NCBI GenBank assembly: GCA_964007735.1
Contig: CAXGAI010000001.1
Coordinates: 129,798 to 193,797, forward strand
Length of the DNA stretch: 64,000 nt
Source: an uncultured Rhodopirellula sp.
GTDB lineage: Bacteria; Planctomycetota; Planctomycetia; Pirellulales; Pirellulaceae
Direction of reading: 5' to 3'
The translations under genes and the position numbers were made by a program. The notes beneath the pieces were generated by a model. The model worked only from the letters and a program-made list of their open reading frames with translations, had not been told where the DNA came from and made no database searches. Below are positions 9,761 to 20,060 of this stretch, piece by piece (the first letter of the stretch is position 1; each line of letters starts with the position of its first letter).

Positions 9761-9807
9761 ACTTTTCCTGCCTATTTGCGACTGACAAGGGTGAAAGGAA
9801 GTGAGAC

Positions 9808-10860
9808 TTAAAAGTTGAAGTCACCAATATTCTCTTTGGTGAAGACGATGGGTGGGCCCAAAATCGCCTGACCATCTTTGACGACCACACCTTTAATACG
9901 GCCGAAGTCATAAGTACCATCCGACAATTCTCCCTTGGCTTTTAAATGGTGTGCGACAAACACCGTTAAATATCCCAGATCGACGGGATTCCAGAGAGCG
10001 AACTTTGAGCAGGATCCATTTTCTACGAAAGGCTTCATGCTAGATGGCAATCCGACACCAGTGACAAAGATTTTGCCGGACTTTCCGGCATCTCCAACGG
10101 CTTTAGCTGCTCCCGGAACAGCAACTGAAGTAAGACCCCAAATTCCGGCGATATCTCCGTGCGAGTTTAAAGCTGCGGTGGTCATTTCCTGAGCTTTACT
10201 TTGGTCTTCTCCAGGCATAAGGGTTTCGAGGAGTAGCATCTGGGGATACTCTTTTTCAATCCGGGCCTTCATGAATTTAATCCAGATGTTCTGATTAGAC
10301 GCAGTGGGAGTACCGGAGACGATTAGAAATTTCCCAGCAGGCGTTTTCCCTTGTTCTTGCAGCCCTTCGATCATAATGTTGACCATCGTATCTGCAATGG
10401 CCTCATTCGAAGCCTGATTTACAAAGATCTGCCGACGAGAGTTCTCCGGACTGGCATCCGTATCCCAGGTCATGACGGTGAAGTCTTCGCGAGCAGCAGA
10501 ACGTAATGTGGAGGAAATCGCATCCGGATCATTGGGAGCAACCGCCAGCACATCGAAATCCTGCGCCATCCATGTATTCAGCATTCGTACCTGATCCTCA
10601 TGGATTGCAGATGTGGGTCCATCGTAATGAACATTGATATTTAATTCTTCACCGGCTTCCCGAGCTCCTTTACCGGTGGCTTCAAAGTAGGAGATGCCAA
10701 CCAATTTGGGCATCACGCCAATTCTTAAACTCGCTTCAGGTGTCCCCGACTCTTCAATTGGTGAACTCCCCTGCTCCGTTTCGCTTGAACAGCCTAAAAA
10801 CCAGCTCAGGGATATAAAACTGAGGATCAAATAAAGCGATGACGTGTAAGCGTTCTTCAT
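9808..10860 (-). CDS. Sugar ABC transporter substrate-binding lipoprotein (LsrB/RhaS-like)
   Basis: Lipobox FLGC; PKLVGISYF, YDGPT, TWDTD, NQNIW, FALWNPVDLG, FTKENIGDFNF closely parallel LsrB/RhaS. Confidence 0.88.
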   Translation of the reverse strand: MKNAYTSSLYLILSFISLSWFLGCSSETEQGSSPIEESGTPEASLRIGVMPKLVGISYFEATGKGAREAGEELNINVHYDGPTSAIHEDQVRMLNTWMAQDFDVLAVAPNDPDAISSTLRSAAREDFTVMTWDTDASPENSRRQIFVNQASNEAIADTMVNIMIEGLQEQGKTPAGKFLIVSGTPTASNQNIWIKFMKARIEKEYPQMLLLETLMPGEDQSKAQEMTTAALNSHGDIAGIWGLTSVAVPGAAKAVGDAGKSGKIFVTGVGLPSSMKPFVENGSCSKFALWNPVDLGYLTVFVAHHLKAKGELSDGTYDFGRIKGVVVKDGQAILGPPIVFTKENIGDFNF

Positions 10861-10948
10861 GACAGTAAAATTCCAAACGTTTCTGTATTTCGGGAGTGTA
10901 ATCCTTTCCTAATTCTATCAGATGAGAATCACGAAAAAAGTAAGCGTT

Positions 10949-12634
10949 CTAATGCCCTAAGAGTAAGATCCAGTCAGGTTGGCTTTCAATAGTCGACTTG
11001 CTCCAATCGGTAATATCGCGAAACGAATTTTTAATCGCCTCCGCCCGACCATCCTCCACCAGTCGTTTTGGAAGTGGGATATAAAGTGTGCCAGCAGGCT
11101 TTCCTTGATGGCTTCGGGAGGCTAATGTCTCCTTTGTTCTGAGGTGAGCATGCTCTTCAATAAACAGACGCCGCTCTTTTAATGGAATCCCCATAGTAGG
11201 TTCGAGGAGATAGATCACATCGTCAGAGGTGGTCTGCTTGTTGAGTTGTTCAAAGAATGCTGCTGCGTCGCCATTTCTGCTTAGTAGGTCATGACGTAGC
11301 CCGTTTGAATCGGTAAGCCGCTCAGCGTATTGAGATCTGATGAAGGTCTTGTGTCCTAAGGCTGCGACGCCATAGAGTGATGGAATCAGCGTGAACGTCG
11401 CTAGCAGAAATACCGCGGGAACTCGTATTTGCAAGCTGGACGCTGTACAAGTATTCCAAAGTGCCGGCAGGAGAAGTGGTAATATGGCAATCGCAGCCGG
11501 TCTTAGAAATCGCGTATCCATATGGATGGCGCTTCCACGAACCAGAAACACGACTAATACGATACTGAATCCCAGCAGGTGGCCAATTAAAAGCGGTTTG
11601 GCTTGCTCAATGTTTGATGCGATAGACTTGTCTTTGGGCGAGGAAGGGGAATGTTTTTTTAATATCCACCAAACCAACAGTGCAGCCGGTAAAAACAGCC
11701 ATCCTTCTGAACCGTCATGATGACTACCCATCGGCGGCAGAAGATCAAGCGTAAATTTATTAAGTAATGTTCCAAGGTCGGTCATCGCGAATAACCATGC
11801 TCCCGGGATCCAAAGCAGGGGGGTCCATTGGATGGGTGAATCGACTTGGGTTGGATTTCCTTCCGGAATCATACCGAGCCAAAAAATGAATCCGGAAACT
11901 ACGCTGGCATTGATACACCAGTTAATAAATGCGCGTTTGCTGACGCGCTCGGTATAAATTAGCCATAACCAGCCCACGCCGAATCCCACACAGCTTAAAC
12001 CGGCACTGTACTTCAGTAAAACCAACATGGGGGTTATCGCCCCGGCCCCGGCTGCGAGGTATACGGAGATAAGCTTGGATTGATCCGAAACCGTGGCTTT
12101 GTAATTCAATAGAAGTATGGCAGGGAAGAACGCCCAATAGAAGAATTCACCACCATCGTAGAGATAGAAGTTAGCGTGGCTATATCGAGCAGTTAAAAAA
12201 CAAAGAAAAATCCAGGGTAAGCCTTTCGGGGGACAGACTAACCTGAAAAACCAAAACCAAAAGAAAATACCTAACCCCCACCCGATGAAAGTTGTCCATT
12301 GAATGACTTGCCCGCTGCTGAGATTGGTCCCAATAGCTGCGGCTGACTGATCAACAAGTGCAGGAATAGCTCCGTATGATGCTGGCCACCAGGTAATGGG
12401 TGAGCGTCGATCCTGAGAGAGGTCCTGTGGGTCAACTGAGGTTAGGACCGTAGGTTTTATTCCGTGACTTGTGGCATTGGCTAATAGATAGGTACCGACA
12501 TCGGTGGCAATGGCGGGTCGTTGAGCGAATGCCGCATAGGCACTGATTCCCAGAACCAGTAAAACCGCTAACCAGCCCCCCTTCTCCACCTGTTCTGATT
12601 GTGAAGTGGCGATTACTGGTTGCTCAGTATTCAT
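10949..12634 (-). CDS. Polytopic membrane protein of unknown function (possibly GT-C-like)
   Basis: 561-aa ORF with about 11-13 hydrophobic segments and a soluble C-terminal domain. Confidence 0.55.
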   Translation of the reverse strand: MNTEQPVIATSQSEQVEKGGWLAVLLVLGISAYAAFAQRPAIATDVGTYLLANATSHGIKPTVLTSVDPQDLSQDRRSPITWWPASYGAIPALVDQSAAAIGTNLSSGQVIQWTTFIGWGLGIFFWFWFFRLVCPPKGLPWIFLCFLTARYSHANFYLYDGGEFFYWAFFPAILLLNYKATVSDQSKLISVYLAAGAGAITPMLVLLKYSAGLSCVGFGVGWLWLIYTERVSKRAFINWCINASVVSGFIFWLGMIPEGNPTQVDSPIQWTPLLWIPGAWLFAMTDLGTLLNKFTLDLLPPMGSHHDGSEGWLFLPAALLVWWILKKHSPSSPKDKSIASNIEQAKPLLIGHLLGFSIVLVVFLVRGSAIHMDTRFLRPAAIAILPLLLPALWNTCTASSLQIRVPAVFLLATFTLIPSLYGVAALGHKTFIRSQYAERLTDSNGLRHDLLSRNGDAAAFFEQLNKQTTSDDVIYLLEPTMGIPLKERRLFIEEHAHLRTKETLASRSHQGKPAGTLYIPLPKRLVEDGRAEAIKNSFRDITDWSKSTIESQPDWILLLGH

Positions 12635-12642
12635 TAAAGTTC

Positions 12643-14040
12643 TTACGATAAGAGGTCATCGAGCGGTGGCAGGTGCCCCGGGAGTTGCTGAAAGAGTATT
12701 TTTGCAAGCTCTTCCGCAACTTTAGTAGATGCTTCAAGCTCATTAGCAGCAATTGCATCTTCAGCCGAACACACACCCAATAGTAATTGAGAGAAAACGG
12801 ATTTCGACATAGTTAAGAAGCTCTTACCTGATTTTCCTCGAGTGACTTTTGCTGATCTAGGAGTTAGTGTCAGGGTATAAGCCTTTCCACTAAGGACAAG
12901 ACCAAGGCTTGTGGGCAGGCTAACTTTGGCCTGCTGAGCGCGATCGTTTAGTAAGTGCCGAACCTGCTTCAGTAAGGTAAGCGGATTGAATACTTTACTG
13001 AGGATCACTTCACCACCAACGACGGTACGTCGCAGGAACTCACCACCAGCATTTATCATCAATTCATGCAATGGATCTCCGTCAGGCGCATCCAGACGAA
13101 CAGGAACATCTTTTTGTTCGATGACATCGCTACAGATTCGTTCTAAGAGATCTGGAACGATATCCTCACGACTACCATCGGTCATCAATTCAAGAATGCG
13201 TCCATGTTTAACAATGGCATAACCAACGATCGCATGGTATCCACTTTCGATGGTCAGTTTCTTAGGACCGTCGATGGCGACATAGACTTGTTCAAAGCTG
13301 TGGCGGTTTAGCAACCACCGCCAGGTAGCATCGGTGCGCACGACGGCACCAAACCGGCCGTCCAGGTTTTGTTTGTAGAGACGCATCAGAGCTTCTTGCT
13401 CGACATGCCTCCAGATACGAACGTTGAGTGGTTGCTGAGGTTCGGCCAGCGGATTGGTTGTTTCCGGCTCTTGCTCCCGTACGTTTTGCCGCAGCAGTGA
13501 AAGAATACTTCGTGGCGATGCGACACTGTAATTATGTTGTCCACCGACGCTCCATCCTTGTTTTTGATAAAAAGAAACAGCGGGTGTGTGAAGAACACCC
13601 ATGATGGCACCCTGTTCAATCATCAATTGCTCGGCTTGTTCCAGTAGTGTAGTACCAATCCCCTCTTTCCGAAATTCGGGCGCCGTGGCCATTTCGCAGA
13701 TAAAGCCGACAGGTAGTTTTATATCTCCGAATTGGATATCCCGCATTTGCACACGGGCGTGACCGATGATTTGATTACCTAGTTTGGCAACAATGCGGTC
13801 GCGTGGTTCATATTGAGGATCTTCCAATTGGGCTGCATAATCGGTAGACGTTGGCAGTCGGAAGATATTCTGGAGAAAACGAAATATCGCGGGGTGATCC
13901 CCCGCTCTGCCTGTGGTGACAGTGACTGTCCCCCGCTCAAAGGCAGAATCCCCAAGAACAATTACACTTGCTTGATCTCCATCAAGCGTTATAGTTCGTC
14001 GCGTTGTAATGCTTGAACTCATACTACGGAATCCCTCCAC
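12643..14040 (-). CDS. Eis-like GNAT N-acetyltransferase with SCP2-like C-terminus
   Basis: ATAPEFRKEGIGTTLL (motif A), FYQKQGW; second GNAT-like half and sterol-carrier-like tail. Confidence 0.8.
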   Translation of the reverse strand: MEGFRSMSSSITTRRTITLDGDQASVIVLGDSAFERGTVTVTTGRAGDHPAIFRFLQNIFRLPTSTDYAAQLEDPQYEPRDRIVAKLGNQIIGHARVQMRDIQFGDIKLPVGFICEMATAPEFRKEGIGTTLLEQAEQLMIEQGAIMGVLHTPAVSFYQKQGWSVGGQHNYSVASPRSILSLLRQNVREQEPETTNPLAEPQQPLNVRIWRHVEQEALMRLYKQNLDGRFGAVVRTDATWRWLLNRHSFEQVYVAIDGPKKLTIESGYHAIVGYAIVKHGRILELMTDGSREDIVPDLLERICSDVIEQKDVPVRLDAPDGDPLHELMINAGGEFLRRTVVGGEVILSKVFNPLTLLKQVRHLLNDRAQQAKVSLPTSLGLVLSGKAYTLTLTPRSAKVTRGKSGKSFLTMSKSVFSQLLLGVCSAEDAIAANELEASTKVAEELAKILFQQLPGHLPPLDDLLS

Positions 14041-14084
14041 GAGTTACATTTGGCTCCATCCGCAAATCCTTTTGCAACTGTACC

Positions 14085-15695
14085 TTAAGGCGTTTTGGTG
14101 CCGGATACCAGTAAATCTAACAAAGTTTTTCCATTAAATAAGATAAGGGAATACTCGCGAGAATCTAAAAGATTAAACGAGTTGAGATGACTTCGGGCTA
14201 TTTCCAGGTTGGCTTTCAGGGTTTCTTCGTCGTTTGTGAGCAGTGTTCGCAGCTCTTGATGAATCCCCTGTAAGGTTGCGTGCCACCTTGAACGATCGGC
14301 GGGTGCAACTTCTTTTTGGACGTGTATCAGCTTCTTATCTATGAGCTTTTCTAATGCCAGAGAATGAGGGTGACCGTTCCTGATAGCCTTCCGGGCGAAC
14401 TTGTCTGGGGAGAATTCCAAATTACGAAGGTCCTCTTCGATGGTTTGTAGTGCATCTACTGGATTTGCTAGTTGGTCAGCAAAAAGTTTGACCGTGGCTG
14501 TCGCCATTTGAAAATGCGGCAGCGGGATTTTGAAAAACTGTTTGGCAATATCATCGGTGAGCTGGTCATATTTCCCACCTCCGATGCCATGCACGAAAAG
14601 ATCTGATAGAACGAGTCGGCAATACATTGTTGTCGTGAGAGCTCGAGGGCGAATCTTGATTCCGGATTGGGCCAGCACTTCTAGTTGATGGATCGCTGAT
14701 TCTTTATTGCGTTCCAGATTTAACGTTCCATATGACAGTCCGGATTCATCCAGAAGTGTTGTTTCTTCACCTGAGGTTACACAGAAAAGCCGTTTTCTTG
14801 AGGGAGCTTGCTCGCTCCAAATCCAAAGTGGCACTTCCACCGCACGGTCGATACATTCTAGCGCAGGTACCGGGTGCGCGCTACTGCGGATCTTATGCAC
14901 TTTCCGGTATTCGATTAGCGACGTGTTGTAAATTGCTTGAAGATTCTCAGCGTTCTGTAAAAGGTGGCAGCAAAATCGGTAGAACTCCCGGGATGAGCAG
15001 ACGGTACTCAGTGGTAACTCGAGATTTTCAATCCCATGTTCGCGTTCCCATTGATGACGAGCCTGTGCGAATTTTAATCCGGGATGATTGGATGTTGATT
15101 GATTGACCAACTCCCAGAATTGAAGGAGATTCTCTCCCGTTTCCTGAATAACTGAATTGGTGACACGTTGAGCAAAAGATTCGAAAAGTTGCTGATCCTG
15201 AATTAATGCTTCTTCAAATGGCACATCATCACCATCCCGGTCGTAAAAAACAGGACAGACGACAGGTGTTTCAATCGTTCCTTGCGGAACTTTGATCGAC
15301 GGTTGCCCGCACAGGTCATTATCGATGATTAGATTAATCGCGGTTGCGGAATGTTCTTTCGCGAGTTGAGCGAGCAATAGGGTTTTGAACCAAACTCCGG
15401 GATGAAACAGTTTTGGTTGATGCCCGGATAAGAAAATTCGATTGGCATTGATCTTATTGTTGCAGTTTGTATAACCACCGGTATATTTCAAGGCAGCAGT
15501 CTGTAGAGCTTGGCGGCCTGTCGCTCGTAATTCAGCCAGTGGCACTCCGAATATTTGTAGTTTATCGGATTCTTGAATGAGTGAAAGATTGTTCTCCAAC
15601 AACTGTTGGGATTCTGATAGGGGCGGGTCAATTAAAACTGAACCGTGCTGCTGAGGAGCCCTAAGTTTGCGGTATTGGATTCGAGGTTCACTCAT
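14085..15695 (-). CDS. BshC-like putative ligase (uncharacterised)
   Basis: SGHQPKLFHPGVWFK resembles BshC TGQQ…K; IRPRALTTT…FVHGIGGGKYDQ resembles P..l.RP…GGP.E..Y; C-terminal coiled coil and RE motif. Confidence 0.5.
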   Translation of the reverse strand: MSEPRIQYRKLRAPQQHGSVLIDPPLSESQQLLENNLSLIQESDKLQIFGVPLAELRATGRQALQTAALKYTGGYTNCNNKINANRIFLSGHQPKLFHPGVWFKTLLLAQLAKEHSATAINLIIDNDLCGQPSIKVPQGTIETPVVCPVFYDRDGDDVPFEEALIQDQQLFESFAQRVTNSVIQETGENLLQFWELVNQSTSNHPGLKFAQARHQWEREHGIENLELPLSTVCSSREFYRFCCHLLQNAENLQAIYNTSLIEYRKVHKIRSSAHPVPALECIDRAVEVPLWIWSEQAPSRKRLFCVTSGEETTLLDESGLSYGTLNLERNKESAIHQLEVLAQSGIKIRPRALTTTMYCRLVLSDLFVHGIGGGKYDQLTDDIAKQFFKIPLPHFQMATATVKLFADQLANPVDALQTIEEDLRNLEFSPDKFARKAIRNGHPHSLALEKLIDKKLIHVQKEVAPADRSRWHATLQGIHQELRTLLTNDEETLKANLEIARSHLNSFNLLDSREYSLILFNGKTLLDLLVSGTKTP

Positions 15696-15719
15696 ATCAA
15701 TCCACGTCGTCCAACCTGA

Positions 15720-16430
15720 TTAGGCAAATTGCTTGGTTTTGGCAATGCTTCGATCTAACACCAGATGGTAGTATTCGAGGCGGGTTGTGGCGTCATCAAG
15801 TACTCCGCCGAACGATCGTTCTTCATCCAAATAGATGAGTGGAACAGGCCATTCAATTATTTTCAATTCATGCTGAGCCGCCTGAACCCAGAGTTCCAGA
15901 GGCATTGCGTAACCGTTTTCGGTCAGATTGAGTTTTCTTAATCCGGATGTGCTGTAAGCTTTGAAACCACAGAACGCATCGGTTAGGGTGATCCCTAGTC
16001 GGCGACTGATTTCAGCTGAAACAGTTTGATTGATTTTTCGTCGTTGTTCCGGTGGAGCAGTGTCTTCATCGAATTGCTTTAGGTAACGGCTACCGGAGAC
16101 AATGTCGACACCGTCGGCACAAGCTTCTACAAATTCCGGAATGCGTTGAGGCTCATGTTGCCCATCACAGTCAATGGTGACGACGGTGTCGTATTCGTGT
16201 TCAATCGCATAATCGAATGCCGTGTTAAGAGCAGCACCGTACCCGGAGTTCTGTTGGTGCTGTATAACGATTACGTCATTACGCTGTGCCAGAAGTTCGG
16301 TTGTCCCGTCGGTTGATCCATCGTCAACCACAAGCACCTGCGGACTGTATTTCTTCACAAGATCCAGTACTTCATTGACGTACTTGACTTCATTGAAGAC
16401 AGGCAATGTAGTGAGAAACTTTTGAGGCAT
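15720..16430 (-). CDS. Glycosyltransferase family 2 (DPM1-like)
   Basis: LPVFNE, VVDDGSTDGT, NSGYGAAL, TIDCDGQH, IVSGSR, DAFCGFKAY; likely start ATG at 16430 rather than the longer ORF start. Confidence 0.9.
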   Translation of the reverse strand: MPQKFLTTLPVFNEVKYVNEVLDLVKKYSPQVLVVDDGSTDGTTELLAQRNDVIVIQHQQNSGYGAALNTAFDYAIEHEYDTVVTIDCDGQHEPQRIPEFVEACADGVDIVSGSRYLKQFDEDTAPPEQRRKINQTVSAEISRRLGITLTDAFCGFKAYSTSGLRKLNLTENGYAMPLELWVQAAQHELKIIEWPVPLIYLDEERSFGGVLDDATTRLEYYHLVLDRSIAKTKQFA

Positions 16431-16639
16431 GAAATACCGTGAATACGAATGATAACACTCCGTTATTGCAGGCTCGCGACAACGGATAGGGATGTTGGTG
16501 AATGTCTCATTGTATGGACAGACGATTGTTTGCTCAATGAGCATAATACAGAAGTAGGGTTGTGTTAGTGGGTGCAGTTGGATGATGATACGATGACGAT
16601 CATGATTTTTATTCTTAGATAGCTTAGAGGGGAACCGCA

Positions 16640-17422
16640 TTGCTTCGGATTCGAGCTGCTGTACGACTGGCCTGTTTTAACCAGCCTTTCAAGAGGGCTT
16701 TAATAACTGCCGCTTCGATAGGAGCAGAGGCAGTGGAAATTGATGCCCGCTCCGAGCTAGACATGCGCGATCTGAGTGATACAGCGATCCGCCATATCTG
16801 TAAATTGTTGGAAGATCAGGGATTGGCAGTAAGTGCGTTAACATTTCAAACGCGGCGCGGTTACAACATATACGCAGACTTAGATCGCCGCGTCGAAGCG
16901 ACTAAACGTACGATGGATTTGGCGTATAGGCTTGGTGCTAAAGTGGTTGTCAATCGTCTTGGACGAGTTCCAGAAGACAGTAGTCATCCAGATTTTGAAA
17001 TGCTGCTGGATGTAATGACTAATATCGGCGAACATGGTCAGCGTGTCGGTGTCGCACTAGCGGGAAGAACAGGAACGGAGGATGGTCGGACGATGGCTCA
17101 GCTGTTGGAAAAGTTGCCACCTGGGTGTGGTGCAGTCGATTTTGATCCGGCAAGTTTAATCATGAATGGATTTTCTTCATCCGAAGCGGCACAGGCACTG
17201 GCACCGTTTATTACTCATATGCATATCAAAGACGGAATGCGTGACATCGCATCTGGGCGAGGTGAAGAAGTCGCGTTTGGTAGTGGCGTCGTCGATTTTG
17301 ATGAAATCTTTGGCCTGCTTGAACAGCAGCATTATTCAGGTTACTTTACCGTTGATCGTGAGTTTTCGAGGAATCCACAACGGGAGATCGCAGAGACGAT
17401 AGACCGGCTCAAAAGAATCTAA
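16640..17422 (+). CDS. Sugar phosphate isomerase/epimerase family protein
   Basis: FDPASL, HMHIKDG, GSGVVDF, YSGYFTVDRE motifs. Confidence 0.8.
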   Translation: MLRIRAAVRLACFNQPFKRALITAASIGAEAVEIDARSELDMRDLSDTAIRHICKLLEDQGLAVSALTFQTRRGYNIYADLDRRVEATKRTMDLAYRLGAKVVVNRLGRVPEDSSHPDFEMLLDVMTNIGEHGQRVGVALAGRTGTEDGRTMAQLLEKLPPGCGAVDFDPASLIMNGFSSSEAAQALAPFITHMHIKDGMRDIASGRGEEVAFGSGVVDFDEIFGLLEQQHYSGYFTVDREFSRNPQREIAETIDRLKRI

Positions 17423-17561
17423 TCCCAACTTGCTTGCGACTATCTATACTAGCAGTGACAATGACGAGAGGAGTTCGGCAAATATCGAGCTCGAAGTGGG
17501 TCACTGGAACAATCTATTAAATCAAATCAAGATCATTAATCATTGAGAATTCAAAGGTGTT

Positions 17562-18083
17562 GTGATGAGTCGAATTGGTAATCTTTCTGCATGTTGTTTA
17601 GCGATTGTATTAAGCCTGTTTGTAGTTTCAGAATCTGCTGCACAGGATAAACCGGCTACTACGAACGTTTCCCCCGAAAAGCAGAAACTATATGAGCTGT
17701 TTGAAAAGAAGCTAAACAACGTTCAGTTTAAAGGGAACTTTACGGTACTAGGACGTGACCAAAAAGGTGATTTACCTAAAGAGACTTATACGATTAAATC
17801 GGTTAAGAAGTTACCTGAAGGCGAATACTGGTTGTTTACGGCTCGAGTACAGTATGGAGGAAAAGACATCACGGTACCCATGTCTTTACAAGTGCAGTGG
17901 GCTGATACTACTCCAATTATCACACTCACTAATGCGAATATCCCTGGGCTGGGAACATTTAGTTCTCGGGTGGTAATCTACAAGAATAAGTATGCCGGAA
18001 CTTGGAGTCACGGCGAGGTTGGTGGGCATTTGTTTGGAACGATCGAACCGGCTCCGGCTGAATCTGAAGAAAAAGACGAGTAA
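17562..18083 (+). CDS. Secreted hypothetical protein
   Basis: Signal peptide (SAA|QD); beta-rich body ending YAGTWSHGEVGGHLFG. Confidence 0.7.
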   Translation: MMSRIGNLSACCLAIVLSLFVVSESAAQDKPATTNVSPEKQKLYELFEKKLNNVQFKGNFTVLGRDQKGDLPKETYTIKSVKKLPEGEYWLFTARVQYGGKDITVPMSLQVQWADTTPIITLTNANIPGLGTFSSRVVIYKNKYAGTWSHGEVGGHLFGTIEPAPAESEEKDE

Positions 18084-18117
18084 CTGATCGTAATTGCTTT
18101 CCCAAAAAGAGCTTCTC

Positions 18118-18921
18118 ATGGTAAATGTTGCTGATGTATGCCGTTATTTAGAATCGTTTGCACCTGCGGCTTTGGCTGAAGACTGGGATAATGTTGGCCT
18201 CTTAATGGGAGATCGCCAGGATTCCGTCTCCAAAGTAATGACCTGCTTAACAGTGACTAACGCGGTTGTCGAGGAAGCCATTGCCGAAAACGTAAACATG
18301 GTTGTGACACATCATCCCATTCCTTTCAAAGGTGTTAAACGTATCAGCACAGATTCACTGACAGGCAGTCTCTTATGGAAGTTGGCCTCTAACGGTATCG
18401 CGGTTTATAGTCCTCACACAGCGTTTGATTCTGCTCGAGGTGGAATCAATAAGCAATTGGCGGATGGTTTGGGGCTCTCTGACGTGAAACCCCTGACGCC
18501 ATTTGAGTTGTCGGATGCTGAGTCTTCAGAGGGTCTAGGTAAAGGTCGTCGAGGTGATTGCCAGCCCGTCAAACTAGGTGTATTGGCTTCAACGGTTGCA
18601 GGATTCTTACAGGTTACAGGGCTGCATGTCGTGGGTGATCCTGAGATGGAGGTTAGTCGCGTAGGGATCGGTTGTGGGAGTGCCGGAGAGTTCATTCATT
18701 CAGCTTTGCGATCAGGCTGTCAGGTGCTGCTAACAGGGGAAGCCAGATTTCACACCTGCCTGGAAGCTGAGGCACTTGGAATCGCTATGATTTTGCCAGG
18801 GCATTATGCCAGTGAACGCTTTGCATTGGAAACATTAGCCACCCAACTCACGGAAGAATTCCCGGATGTTTTCGTCTGGGCCAGTCGGCAGGAATCGGAT
18901 CCTCTTACATGGATGGAGTGA
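18118..18921 (+). CDS. Nif3-like dinuclear metal centre protein (YbgI/YqfO)
   Basis: LAEDWDNVGL, VTHHP, YSPHTAFD, GCGSAG, LTGE, GHYASER. Confidence 0.93.
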   Translation: MVNVADVCRYLESFAPAALAEDWDNVGLLMGDRQDSVSKVMTCLTVTNAVVEEAIAENVNMVVTHHPIPFKGVKRISTDSLTGSLLWKLASNGIAVYSPHTAFDSARGGINKQLADGLGLSDVKPLTPFELSDAESSEGLGKGRRGDCQPVKLGVLASTVAGFLQVTGLHVVGDPEMEVSRVGIGCGSAGEFIHSALRSGCQVLLTGEARFHTCLEAEALGIAMILPGHYASERFALETLATQLTEEFPDVFVWASRQESDPLTWME

Positions 18922-19160
18922 TTTATTCGGTTTGATCGCAAATCCCAAAATAGGTTTGCAGTTGGATTAATCGATAGTACAAGCTGGTAACAGCGCCTGG
19001 AGACGGTTTTTTCCGTTGTCGAGGGTACTGAATTCACGCTTTTTGTCACGCATCAATTTTCACACCTCCCGTTCTCACCAAACAGTCTTAACTCGTCGTC
19101 TATTCAGGATTCCTGCTCATACGTTTTGGGTTGATTCAAAGTGTCTTCAGACTTTAATAT

Positions 19161-20045
19161 TTGGAGCAAGAGGAGAGGATTGTTCTGATGGGGCGTATAG
19201 TATTTTTCGCGTTGGTTTTATTGGTTGGGATGGGGGAGTCTTTATGCGCTCAGAACTCCCTTGGTAGTTTACGTCAGTCTGTGGAAGGTGCTCCGCGGCA
19301 ACATCGTCTTCCCCGCACTCATGAGCGTCGTCATTCGGAAGAAGAATATGAGTGGCAAGATGACGAGGACAGTGATGATTCGGTCGACCTTTCGGGTTGG
19401 GGTAATCCGCTTGGTCATATTTTGCTGTTTCCCTTCTCTGGCCCTCGATACCTTCTTGATGATCACGGTCAGGACGTTTACTTCACAAGCTATCCCTTTG
19501 CCGATCAACACTCGGGAAATCTTTTGATCGAACCACTATGGACCCCAGAATTAAAAGAAACACGGCTAAGCCTGGGGACAGAGTATGCAGATGACTTTGG
19601 GCAGCAACAAAAGATAACCACCAGATTGCAGTTTGATACACGCTCCCGTTTTGGTCTTGATGCTTCCTTTGATTACTTACGTCAACAGGAGGGACAGGGA
19701 GATCATGATCAGACTTGGCTTGGTGATATCAATCTGACGTGGAGGTTTGCTCAGTCGGCAACTTCGGAGTTTAGGACCGGCGTTGGATATAACTGGCAGG
19801 CAGATTCGAACAGTTCCGGCAAAGGGTTTAATTTTACCTATGGCGGAACCATTTATTTAGACAATCCTAGTGCGATTGATTTTGATTTAGATTTGGGAGT
19901 TATCGGCGATGCGAATCTAACTCGATTTAAGTCGAGCTATTCGCGATACTTAAAAAGAGCTCGATTCTCTATTGGTTATGAGTATCTGCAATTGGGATCA
20001 TTTGAGGCGGACTATTTAACGGCCGGTATGACAATCGATTACTAA
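19161..20045 (+). CDS. Probable outer-membrane beta-barrel hypothetical protein
   Basis: Signal peptide (likely start 19188), alternating amphipathic strands, C-terminal aromatic residue (…MTIDY). Confidence 0.55.
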   Translation: MEQEERIVLMGRIVFFALVLLVGMGESLCAQNSLGSLRQSVEGAPRQHRLPRTHERRHSEEEYEWQDDEDSDDSVDLSGWGNPLGHILLFPFSGPRYLLDDHGQDVYFTSYPFADQHSGNLLIEPLWTPELKETRLSLGTEYADDFGQQQKITTRLQFDTRSRFGLDASFDYLRQQEGQGDHDQTWLGDINLTWRFAQSATSEFRTGVGYNWQADSNSSGKGFNFTYGGTIYLDNPSAIDFDLDLGVIGDANLTRFKSSYSRYLKRARFSIGYEYLQLGSFEADYLTAGMTIDY

Positions 20046-20060
20046 TACAAACGGAATAAG

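Noticed and set aside
16431..16640. N-terminal extension of the GT2 ORF; similar extensions at 53604-53849 and 61468-61614
   Set aside because: Family homology and SD or signal features begin at downstream ATGs; the extensions cover promoter regions
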